A stretch of 25,334 nt of DNA from Myxococcota bacterium. GTDB lineage: Bacteria > Myxococcota > JACRCW01. The stretch spans positions 1 to 25,334 of the forward strand of contig JBFMGU010000157.1 of the NCBI GenBank assembly GCA_040752415.1. The letters are read 5' to 3'. Numbering within the stretch: the stretch's first letter is position 1; each line of letters begins with the position of its first letter. Below the pieces are notes generated by a model. It saw nothing but the letters and a program-made list of their open reading frames with translations, had not been told where the DNA came from and did not search any database. Positions 11,218 through 20,591 of the stretch are shown here, in pieces. The translations under genes were made by a program, and so were the position numbers.

Positions 11218-13119
11218 CACCACGTTTCCCTCACGGTCCTCCACGCGGTGCTGGACCTCGACGTCACCCGGCATCTCCAGCGTCGCGTCCACCCACTGCG
11301 GGAGACCGGCTTGCGCGTATTCGTCGGGCCAGGTGCGGCGGACGCAGGTCTCTCCCGCGCAGAACACGTGGGTGAGCGGCGTGGGGTTGCGGTTGGCAAC
11401 CACGTCCAGGCGCACCACCACGCGCACCTGGTTTCCCGTCGAGAACGCACCCGCGTGCGTCACCGTGCGTTGCATGGGCCCGTGCGTGAAGGAGCGCGGG
11501 GAGATGGGCTGCGCGGCCCGTTTCATCCGCTCGCGCTCGACGTGGAACCACAGCGCCAGCGGTTTTCCGTCGGGGGAGGTGGTCAGCAGCACCGTCTCCC
11601 AGCCCGGGGGCGGAGCGCCGGACGCGGTCATGCCGGTGACCACGCGGAAGTCCAGTGCGCCATCGACGTCGCGCGGGCGCTCGCGGATGACGTCGACGTG
11701 ACGCCCGGTCACCCACGCCAGGTGCACCAGGTTCCACAGGTTGAGATGCGCCTCGTCGACGCCGGCGTCCGCCTGCAGGAGCGCGCGCGTGGTGTTGTTG
11801 CCCCACCGCTCCACTGCGGCACGCATCAGCTGCTCCGCCACGGAATCACGACGGTCCGGCGTGTGGCGCAGGTATCCCTGCTGAGCCCACAACAGCACCG
11901 GCCCCACCGCGATGCGCTCTGGCAGCACCGGAACGCCCCACTGGATGGCAAGCACGCTCAGCACGGAGAATGACGTCGTCACCAGCGCCGCGGCGCGACC
12001 ACGCAGGAGCCATGCGCCACACAGCGCGGCGTAGACCAGCGCGCCAATGGTGTAGCGCGCGTCCTTGTTGGGAAAGAACGGCCACGCCAGCACGGACACC
12101 GCCAGCGAGGTCACCACCCACGTTCCCACGTCGCGCGCGCGCCGGAGCAGCAACACCGCACCCACGAGCGCCAGCATCCAGAGCGGTCCGCGCAGCGTGA
12201 TGTCGGCGAGCCAATGCAGGTGCGCGAGCAACCCGTCGACGTAGGTGATGGCATCCCCTTCGCGCGCCGCGTCGGCGGACTGGGAGGCGAACATGCGCGA
12301 GATGCCCCGCCCGACGCTGACCGCGTAGGGACCACACACCAGCAGCGCGGCCAGCGCGGCCCAGCCCAGGTTGCGCCGCCGCTCCCGACCTTCATTCCCC
12401 CGCCACGCGAGCACGAGCGACCACAAGAGCGGCCCAACGACAAACACCGCCGGCACCGCCGCCTTCACCACCGCCAGCGCACCGGTGCCCACGCCGGCGA
12501 GCACCGCGGGTCCGCGCCAGCGCATGAACCGCGACCACACCACGCACGCCGCCGTGGCCGCGGTGAGCGAGAGGATGGGCAGATCCAGCAATGCGTCCTT
12601 GGCCAGGTCCGCCACCATGGGGCTCGCCAGCGTCAGCGCGGCGGCCGCCACCCCCGCCCACGACGAGCCCAACGCCATCCGACCCAGCGCGAACATGCTC
12701 ACGACGAGGAGCGGGGTCCACAGGAGCACACTGGGCAACGCGGTCAGGTCGGGCGCGCGACCCCAGATGGCGTGCAGGATCGTCGACGGCAGGTAGCCCA
12801 CCACGCCGTATTGCTGGTCGTGCCAGGCCAACGTGTCGCCGAGCTTCTGCAGGGTCCAGGGCTCTTCGCGGAGGAAGGCGAGGAGGCGCAGCGCATTCCA
12901 GGCGTGACGGGCCTGGTCCCACTGCAACGCCTGCGTGTCGACGTGGAGCCACCATGCGCCGGAACAGATGGAGAACACCACCAGCAGCGCAAGGACCCGT
13001 TGCGGCGCGCGGCCTTCATCCCGTTGCGCGGGAAGCACGGAGAACGCCGGAGCGTCCGACGACGGAAACCAAGCGCGCCACACCGCGCTGTGATGCACGA
13101 GCGGCGGAGGTGGTGTCAA
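11191..13119 (-). CDS. ArnT/PMT-like (GT-C) membrane glycosyltransferase
   Basis: WDQARH after the first TM, AAALTLASP, LLDLP, G.LAVVK and PNKDARY motifs, multiple TMs and a C-terminal soluble region. Start uncertain (TTG 13119, GTG 13098 or GTG 13083). Confidence 0.75.
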   Translation of the reverse strand: MTPPPPLVHHSAVWRAWFPSSDAPAFSVLPAQRDEGRAPQRVLALLVVFSICSGAWWLHVDTQALQWDQARHAWNALRLLAFLREEPWTLQKLGDTLAWHDQQYGVVGYLPSTILHAIWGRAPDLTALPSVLLWTPLLVVSMFALGRMALGSSWAGVAAAALTLASPMVADLAKDALLDLPILSLTAATAACVVWSRFMRWRGPAVLAGVGTGALAVVKAAVPAVFVVGPLLWSLVLAWRGNEGRERRRNLGWAALAALLVCGPYAVSVGRGISRMFASQSADAAREGDAITYVDGLLAHLHWLADITLRGPLWMLALVGAVLLLRRARDVGTWVVTSLAVSVLAWPFFPNKDARYTIGALVYAALCGAWLLRGRAAALVTTSFSVLSVLAIQWGVPVLPERIAVGPVLLWAQQGYLRHTPDRRDSVAEQLMRAAVERWGNNTTRALLQADAGVDEAHLNLWNLVHLAWVTGRHVDVIRERPRDVDGALDFRVVTGMTASGAPPPGWETVLLTTSPDGKPLALWFHVERERMKRAAQPISPRSFTHGPMQRTVTHAGAFSTGNQVRVVVRLDVVANRNPTPLTHVFCAGETCVRRTWPDEYAQAGLPQWVDATLEMPGDVEVQHRVEDREGNVVLPLGNIPR

Positions 13120-13123
13120 ACCG

Positions 13124-14614
13124 TCACTTCCAGATGGCGCGCTCCGGGTCGGTGGCGCGGCACACGTGCAGCTCTCCGACGACAAACCGCTCCAGTCCCT
13201 CCGCGCACGGCTCCGGCTGGATGTCCACGGCTTCCGCGAGGTGGTCGCGGTAGCCCTGCTGGTACGCGCGGATGCGTGCCGGCCGGGTGCTCGTGGCCAC
13301 GCGGATCTCCTCGTTGGAGAGGAAGGAGATGGGATACGCGGTCCAGTAGTCGGAGAGCGCGTGGTGGATGCCCTGGCGTTTCAGCTCGTCGACAACGGGT
13401 TGGAAGTGCGGCGCGGGGGGATGCGTGTATGCCTCACGCCAGAACGTCACATGCGTGCCGAGCTGCAACACCGCCGCGACGACACACACCGCGGACACCA
13501 CCGCTCGCGCACGCGGCAGGTCCTGCATCACCAGCTCCGTGATGCCCACCAGCAGCAACAACGCGAGGAGGATGAAGCGCACCATGCCACCGTCGGGCGC
13601 CCAGGGAAGCACCAGCACAAACGCCAACATGCTCTGCACGCCCGCTCCGACGAGGTACAGCGCATGCCCGCACGACGCCAACGCCGGCACACCCCCGCGC
13701 AGACGACGCAGCGTGAGCCCCGCGAGCAGACACCCGCCCAGTGCCAGCAACAGGTACATCACCCCCGCCATGCCCGGCGTCCCGGATGGCCCATCCGCGC
13801 GGATGCCCGTGTGTCGCAGCTCACCGGGCGCCACGCCCAGCAGCGCGGGCAGCAGGTTCTCGACGAGAAACACCAGGTTCCGCGCCGCGGACTCCAGCGT
13901 GGGCGGCTCCAGCCACGGGCGCGTGCCGCGGTAGTCGACGGAACGACGGGCCAATTCCACGAACACCGTGTTGATGACGACGTAGGCTGCCAGCGTGCGC
14001 GCCCGTCGCACGAGGTAGGCGCGGGACAGTTGACGCTCGAAGGCCAGTTCCACCACGAGCAGCGCGGTCACGCCAAACAGCGTGAGCTCCCGGTTGAGCA
14101 CGCCAAACGCGATCACCACGCCGAGCAGCGCGCCCTTTTGCCGCAGCTCCCACAGCAGCAGGATCCAGAAGAACGGCTGGATGTTGCCGCCGGTGGACTC
14201 GACGAGTCGCGTCCCGGTGACCACGGAAGGGAGCACCAGCCACGACGAGGCGGCGAGCGCCTGCCAGGGCGTCAGGCCCGCATCCCGCACCAGTTGCCGC
14301 AGCAGCAGCGCCAGCGTGGCAAGGTTGAACAGCAGCTCGATGCTCTTCAGCACCGCGATGGATGCCCCGGTGACGACGAAGATGGGCGCGGCCAGGTACG
14401 CGGTGGGCGCCATCATGTACTTCTGGCCGTACATGAAGATCGGGAAGTCCTCGAGGTGCGCGAGGCGCAGCGCCATGAGGCCAATGGTGGCCTGGTCGGC
14501 GTCGAAGTGGATTTCCGGGAAGAGCAGGAAGGGAAGGCTGCGCAGGAAGATGAACACCGCGCCCACCGCCCACGCTGTGAGGATCATGCGTTGGCTCGAC
14601 GGGTTCGTGTCCAT
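13124..14614 (-). CDS. GT-C-like membrane glycosyltransferase (uncharacterised family)
   Basis: FDADQATIGLMA...FPIFMYGQKYM...AYLAAP loop after TM1, many TMs, C-terminal L...GI....SDYWTAY.ISFLS.E. Confidence 0.7.
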   Translation of the reverse strand: MDTNPSSQRMILTAWAVGAVFIFLRSLPFLLFPEIHFDADQATIGLMALRLAHLEDFPIFMYGQKYMMAPTAYLAAPIFVVTGASIAVLKSIELLFNLATLALLLRQLVRDAGLTPWQALAASSWLVLPSVVTGTRLVESTGGNIQPFFWILLLWELRQKGALLGVVIAFGVLNRELTLFGVTALLVVELAFERQLSRAYLVRRARTLAAYVVINTVFVELARRSVDYRGTRPWLEPPTLESAARNLVFLVENLLPALLGVAPGELRHTGIRADGPSGTPGMAGVMYLLLALGGCLLAGLTLRRLRGGVPALASCGHALYLVGAGVQSMLAFVLVLPWAPDGGMVRFILLALLLLVGITELVMQDLPRARAVVSAVCVVAAVLQLGTHVTFWREAYTHPPAPHFQPVVDELKRQGIHHALSDYWTAYPISFLSNEEIRVATSTRPARIRAYQQGYRDHLAEAVDIQPEPCAEGLERFVVGELHVCRATDPERAIWK

Positions 14615-14674
14615 GCAGGGACGCGGTGGGGCGGCTTGTCAGCTCCCAACGCGGTGTGCTCCGGTCCGGGGCGC

Positions 14675-16165
14675 ATGACGTTAGTGACCACCCCGCAGGT
14701 GAACAAGGGTCCGTTTCTCGGCGTGGGACGCGCGGCCTGGACCCTCAGCGTGCTGGTCCTGTGGCTGTGCCAGGGCATCCTCACCCGCGCGGCGCTGGAG
14801 CGCTTCCACTACGAGGACCTCGCCGAGTCCATCCGCAATCCCTACTGGCTCTCCCACCACATCCTCTACGACGGAACCTCCTCCAACGTCGGCTGGTACG
14901 GCACGCTGCTCGCGCTGTACGAGACTTTCGGCTTCTCGTTGTCGACGGCGAAGGTCTTCCGCTGGGCGCTCCAGCTTCCGAGCCTGCTGTGCCTGGCCGC
15001 GTTGCTCCGTCGGCACCTTCCGGAGAACCGCGGGCTGGTGCTGCTGTGGCTCGTCGGGCTCTCGCCCACGCTGCAGTTCTTCACGTCCATGCAGACCAGC
15101 TTCGGGATCGACCTGCAGCTGGTGCCCATCCTGCTGTGGCTGCTGGTGCAACCCCACGTGTTCGATGTCGGGCCGCGCGGCGGGCTGTGGAATGTCGTCG
15201 TGGGCGTGCTGGTGATGTGGGGCTCGTTCTCCTATCCGGTGATGCTGCTCTACGGCCCTCCGCTGGCGGCGCTGTACCTGTTCCTGTGGCACCGCTCCGG
15301 GACGTCGCCACGCGCGCTGGTGCAGGGTGTCGTCGGGGTGGTGGGGGGGATGGCGGTGGTGCTGGGCGGCGCGTTGGCGTGGCTGCGCTACCCCATGAAC
15401 CTGCTGCGCGACCCGCATTCCGGCGAGTGGAGCCTCTTCGTCGGCGGGGGCGGGGCGATGCACCTGCATCCGCGCGTCCTGCACTGGGGCATGGTGAAGT
15501 CGTTCACGGACCTGTTCGTGCGACCGCTGAGCTACGCGTTCGACCTCCCGCACGTCGAGTTCGGGACGCCGCTGGGATGGATTGGCGTCGGAGTCATCAC
15601 CGTGGTGACGCTGCAGCAGTATCGCCAGCGCTGGTCCCGCCGCGACGTCACCTTCTGGGTCCTTTCCGTCGCGCTGCTGGCCTTCTTCGTCGGGCTCATC
15701 ATGCCGCACACGTCGCAGAACACGCCGGGTCTCCGTCGCGCCACGCCGATGCTGGTGGGCGCGTGGGCCGCGGCGGGTGTGCTCCTGGCCCTTCCCCCGA
15801 CGGAGAGGGCCGCGCGCGCGATGTGGCGGGCGTGCCAGCTGCTGGTGCTGCATCACGTGGTGGTGTTCCCGCTCAACGTGGTGGACCTCGCGCAGCTGCC
15901 GCGCAGCAATGATCACTTCCTGGGGCTCGCCGGCACGCCGTCGGAGAGTCTTTCCGTCGTCATGGAGCGGGTGGCGCGCGGGGAGCCGCTGCGGTGCGAG
16001 AAGCTGGGCGGGGAATGCCGCTACTCGGAGATCTACGGCGCGCTCTCCGGGTACCGACGGTGGAATGACCTCCCGCTGCTCAAGGTGACCGCCTGGGATC
16101 CGGACCGCCAGGAGCTCCTCGAGCTGACGCCGTCCGTCTGGGAGAGCTATCGGCTGGCGCACTGA
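14675..16165 (+). CDS. polytopic membrane protein, possibly a GT-C-like glycosyltransferase
   Basis: Coding part of ORF 13166..16165 from ATG 14675, divergent from the previous gene with a 60-bp gap. Acidic loop after TM1 (HYEDLAES), FGFSL..AK, LSPTL..F, PGLRRA and about 10 TMs. Confidence 0.6.
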   Translation: MTLVTTPQVNKGPFLGVGRAAWTLSVLVLWLCQGILTRAALERFHYEDLAESIRNPYWLSHHILYDGTSSNVGWYGTLLALYETFGFSLSTAKVFRWALQLPSLLCLAALLRRHLPENRGLVLLWLVGLSPTLQFFTSMQTSFGIDLQLVPILLWLLVQPHVFDVGPRGGLWNVVVGVLVMWGSFSYPVMLLYGPPLAALYLFLWHRSGTSPRALVQGVVGVVGGMAVVLGGALAWLRYPMNLLRDPHSGEWSLFVGGGGAMHLHPRVLHWGMVKSFTDLFVRPLSYAFDLPHVEFGTPLGWIGVGVITVVTLQQYRQRWSRRDVTFWVLSVALLAFFVGLIMPHTSQNTPGLRRATPMLVGAWAAAGVLLALPPTERAARAMWRACQLLVLHHVVVFPLNVVDLAQLPRSNDHFLGLAGTPSESLSVVMERVARGEPLRCEKLGGECRYSEIYGALSGYRRWNDLPLLKVTAWDPDRQELLELTPSVWESYRLAH

Positions 16166-16247
16166 ACGTCGTCACCGTGGCGGGCGGAACGCCGACGCGT
16201 GGCGCGACCCCGTCCGTGGGAACAGGGGATCCCCGAGGTGCGCTGCC

Positions 16248-16276
16248 TTGACACCCTCGGAACGCGCTCCTAAACA
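16248..16276 (+). promoter_or_regulatory. putative sigma70-type promoter for the graspetide-like locus
   Basis: Perfect -35 TTGACA (16248-16253), 17-nt spacer, imperfect -10 TAAACA (16271-16276), about 50 nt upstream of ATG 16327, which has an AAGGGGAG RBS. Confidence 0.5.
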
Positions 16277-16326
16277 CCGCTCCTCACGTGCCCATTTTTC
16301 GGCACTGTGAAAGGGGAGCGGTACCC

Positions 16327-17379
16327 ATGACGAAGGTCACCGGCAGCGTGAAGGATTTCCAGTCGGCCATCCGCAAGTTCCAGAAGGCGGACAGCGCCAG
16401 CGCCCACAAGCTCACCAAGGCAGAAGTCTCCACCGCGCTGGAGATCCTCCAGAAGAACGGCGTCAGCGCGCCGGAAAAGGCGGCCGCCAAGGACGTGCTC
16501 AGCAAGGCGCAGCTCACCAAGGGCGCCAAGGAGCTGCTGGAGAACTTCGTCGCCGACGCGGGCAGCACCAGGCCCGAGGGACCCATCAAGCTCAAGCCGG
16601 AAACCCGCGCCAAGATGACCGAGGTGTTCCAGAAGGCGAACCTCGCCGGGACCATCCCGTGGCGCGACCAGCACTCCGTGCCCGCGGGCCTGGCGCTCCG
16701 TCGTGAGCCGCTGTTCGCGGAGCGCCACCCCGACGGCTTCAGCTACGTGGCCCTCATTCCCAACGGCAGCGTGGACCCGCGTCACATGGGCGCCAAGGAT
16801 CCCAACAAGGCCACCTACTTCTTCGTCGAGCGCAGCGGTGGCTTTGCCGGCCTGACCCAGGTGGCGGGCCCGTTCCAGATGGCGGACCTGAACACCGGCA
16901 AGACCGCCAAGGACGTGAAGGCCATGCTGCAAGGCAACGACGAGCTGCGCTGGAACGTGTTGCGCTCCGCGTTCCCCAGCTACACGCGCTCCGCGCCCCC
17001 GGTCATGGCCGACGTGCGCAAGCTCGACGACGGCAACTTCGCCGTGAAGGTGCAGCTGGTGCACTTCCGCACGCGCGAGGTGCAGGGTGAGCAGGAGATC
17101 AAGATCAACGCCGACGGCAAGGTGCTGGGCAAGCTCGAGGGTGGCTTCGAGACCGAGGCGGTGAGCGAGATCCCAGGCGGCGGCGTCACCACCATGGCGG
17201 TGGGTGAGGAGGGCGGCGGGGGCGGCGGTGGTGGCGGCGGCGCCTCGACGGAGGCCGTGGGTGAGGAGGGTGGCGGGGGCGGCGGTGGTGGTCGCGTGAC
17301 CACGCTGGCGCTGGGTGAGGAGGGCGGCGGCGGCTGGCGCGGGGGCGGCGCGGTCACGCTGGCCATCCCCGAGAACTGA
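16327..17379 (+). CDS. large putative graspetide precursor protein with C-terminal plesiocin-type TTxxxxEE core repeats
   Basis: 350 aa, RBS AAGGGGAG, no evident signal peptide. C-terminal tail after LGKLEGG contains ETEAVSEI, TTMAVGEE, STEAVGEE, TTLALGEE and VTLAIPEN, separated by Gly-rich linkers. The adjacent gene is an ATP-grasp ligase. Confidence 0.8.
   Translation: MTKVTGSVKDFQSAIRKFQKADSASAHKLTKAEVSTALEILQKNGVSAPEKAAAKDVLSKAQLTKGAKELLENFVADAGSTRPEGPIKLKPETRAKMTEVFQKANLAGTIPWRDQHSVPAGLALRREPLFAERHPDGFSYVALIPNGSVDPRHMGAKDPNKATYFFVERSGGFAGLTQVAGPFQMADLNTGKTAKDVKAMLQGNDELRWNVLRSAFPSYTRSAPPVMADVRKLDDGNFAVKVQLVHFRTREVQGEQEIKINADGKVLGKLEGGFETEAVSEIPGGGVTTMAVGEEGGGGGGGGGGASTEAVGEEGGGGGGGGRVTTLALGEEGGGGWRGGGAVTLAIPEN
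17149..17376 (+). repeat. array of core-like motifs (T/S)TxAxGEE with poly-Gly spacers
   Basis: Full copies at 17188-17211, 17245-17268 and 17299-17322; degenerate copies at 17149-17172 and 17353-17376. Confidence 0.9.
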
Positions 17380-17406
17380 TTCCTCGTCGGTCCTTTGCGG
17401 AATCCT

Positions 17407-17441
17407 GGGCCAGGCGCTCCTGAAGGCGGGGTGCCTGGCCC
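17407..17441 (+). terminator. stem-loop between precursor and ligase (weak terminator or mRNA stabiliser)
   Basis: GGGCCAGGCGCTCC-tgaaggc-GGGGTGCCTGGCCC forms a 14-bp stem with two G-U pairs, followed by a poor U tract (GTGTGTTTA). Confidence 0.6.
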
Positions 17442-17480
17442 GTGTGTTTAGGGACCTTTCGCCATCATTCGGAATGCACC

Positions 17481-18512
17481 GTGCGCATTGGCATCTTCGG
17501 CTCCCAACACGACACCCAGACCCAGGCGGTGGCCAGCGTCCTCAAGAAGAAGGGCGCCGACGTGGTCCTGGTGGACGCGCAAGGCCTCAACCGCGGTGAG
17601 CCGGTCACGTTCGACGGGGAGCGCTACACCTGGAAGGGCCAGCGCCTGGACGACGTGCACGGCTGGTACCTGCGCCACATTGCCGACCCCTACGCACCCG
17701 CCTTCGAGGCCGACGGGCAGTACCACCTCTACCGGGATTGGCTGGTGGACTACATGCAGCGTCGGGAGCGCAGCGCGTTCCAGCTCTCCTGGCTGCTCAC
17801 GCTGACCATGCAGGGCATCCCGGTGGTGAACCCGCCGGAGCACGGCAGCGTGGCGCAGCTCAAGGCGTTGCAGCTGGCGGCGGCGCGCAAGGTGGGGCTG
17901 GCCATCCCGCGCACGCTCATCACCAATGACCCCCACGCGGTGCGGCAGTTCGCCAAAAGCGTGGGCGAGGTGGTGTACAAGCCGTCCATGGGCGGAGGTC
18001 TGTGCAAGCCGCTCACCGACGAGGACCTGGCGCGGTTGGAGCTCATCACCGCCGCGCCGGTGACGTTCCAGGAGCGCGTGCGCGGCACCGCGGTGCGGGT
18101 GACCGCCATTGGGCAGAACCTGGTGAGCTGTGTGCGGATTCCGTCGGAGTATCTCGATTACCGCGCGGACCCCGAGTACTCCGGAGGCAAGCAGGTCTAC
18201 GACCTGGCCACGTTGCCCATGGACATCCCGGACAAGTGTCGCGCGTTGATGCGCGAGTGCGGGTTGTTGTTCAGCGGCATGGACTTCATCCAGCGCGACG
18301 ATGGGTCCGTGGTGTTCCTGGAGGCGAACTCCTCGCCGATCTACCTGGACGTCGAGCGGAAGACCGGCGTGCCGATCACCGACGAGTTGGCGGGTTACAT
18401 CCTGAAGCTGGCCAACCGGCCCGCGGACTACCAGCGCGCGGTGCAGGAGGCGGGGCTGGTGAAGAGCTTCTGTTCCTACGCGTATCCGTTCGCGCCCACG
18501 GAGTTCACGTAA
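17481..18512 (+). CDS. ATP-grasp ligase of the RimK/graspetide synthetase type (PsnB-like)
   Basis: GTG start (VRIGIFGS..D), VVNPP, K..QL.AA..VGL.IPRTLITNDP..VR.F, VYKPSMGG, APVTFQERV.G..VRVT.IG, LDYR, GLLFSGMDF, VFLEANSSP. Confidence 0.88.
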   Translation: MRIGIFGSQHDTQTQAVASVLKKKGADVVLVDAQGLNRGEPVTFDGERYTWKGQRLDDVHGWYLRHIADPYAPAFEADGQYHLYRDWLVDYMQRRERSAFQLSWLLTLTMQGIPVVNPPEHGSVAQLKALQLAAARKVGLAIPRTLITNDPHAVRQFAKSVGEVVYKPSMGGGLCKPLTDEDLARLELITAAPVTFQERVRGTAVRVTAIGQNLVSCVRIPSEYLDYRADPEYSGGKQVYDLATLPMDIPDKCRALMRECGLLFSGMDFIQRDDGSVVFLEANSSPIYLDVERKTGVPITDELAGYILKLANRPADYQRAVQEAGLVKSFCSYAYPFAPTEFT

Positions 18513-18513
18513 C

Positions 18514-18559
18514 GTTGGTGGCGACTCGGGGTTGGTGGCGACTCGGGGTTGGTGGCGAC
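18514..18559. repeat. tandem 17-bp direct repeat GTTGGTGGCGACTCGGG, about 2.7 copies
   Basis: Units at 18514-18530 and 18531-18547, plus a partial unit at 18548-18559. Confidence 0.9.
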
Positions 18560-18857
18560 ATGGCCCCCCCACCCGGCCGCCCCTGATTTCACCGCTTTCA
18601 CGACGACGGCGGCCGACCTCCCCCACGGCGTGGGGAGGCGTAGATGTGCCGCGCCGGTGGGACGCGCAGATCATTCCGCGGCACGGGACCCAAGGATGCC
18701 TTGTGCCGCGTCGAGTCCAATGAACCCCACCGGCGCGGCACATCTACGCCTCCCCACGCCGTGGGGGAGGCCGGCCGCCGTCGTCGTGAAAGCGGTGAAA
18801 TCAGAGGCGGCCGGGTGGGGGGGCCAGATCGCCACCCAACCCCGACCCGCCACCAGC
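18531..18857. repeat. long imperfect inverted repeat (about 130-bp arms, 64-nt spacer), REPIN/MITE-like
   Basis: 18531-18661 is the near reverse complement of 18726-18857, e.g. CTGATTTCACCGCTTTCACGACGACGGCGGCCG vs CGGCCGCCGTCGTCGTGAAAGCGGTGAAATCAG. It fills the gap between two convergent genes. Confidence 0.92.
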
Positions 18858-18858
18858 C

Positions 18859-20448
<1,590 letters not shown>

Positions 20449-20591
20449 CCATGGGGCGGGTGAAGGGGGCGCATCATGCGCAAACGTGCAAACGCCGCGT
20501 CAAGCGGGCCGGCGCGGATTATCGCGGGGAAATGCAGGGAAGGCGGTGCACCGGGCGGAAGGCTCAGGGGCCCGGCGCACTGCGCTCCTGC

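Noticed and set aside
13166..14674. N-terminal half of the 999-aa plus-strand ORF
   Set aside because: Antisense shadow of the minus-strand membrane gene (His/Arg/Gln-rich composition). The real gene starts near 14675.
17481..18512. Annotation as ribosomal protein S6 glutamyl ligase RimK or lysine biosynthesis LysX
   Set aside because: The adjacent TTxxxxEE repeat protein and graspetide-synthetase-like motifs (PRTLITNDP, APVTFQE, LDYR) fit a peptide macrocyclase better, and there is no rimK or lys gene context. Phylogeny is still needed.
18514..18559. CRISPR array
   Set aside because: The 17-bp units are directly adjacent with no spacers, there are fewer than three copies, and no cas genes are present.
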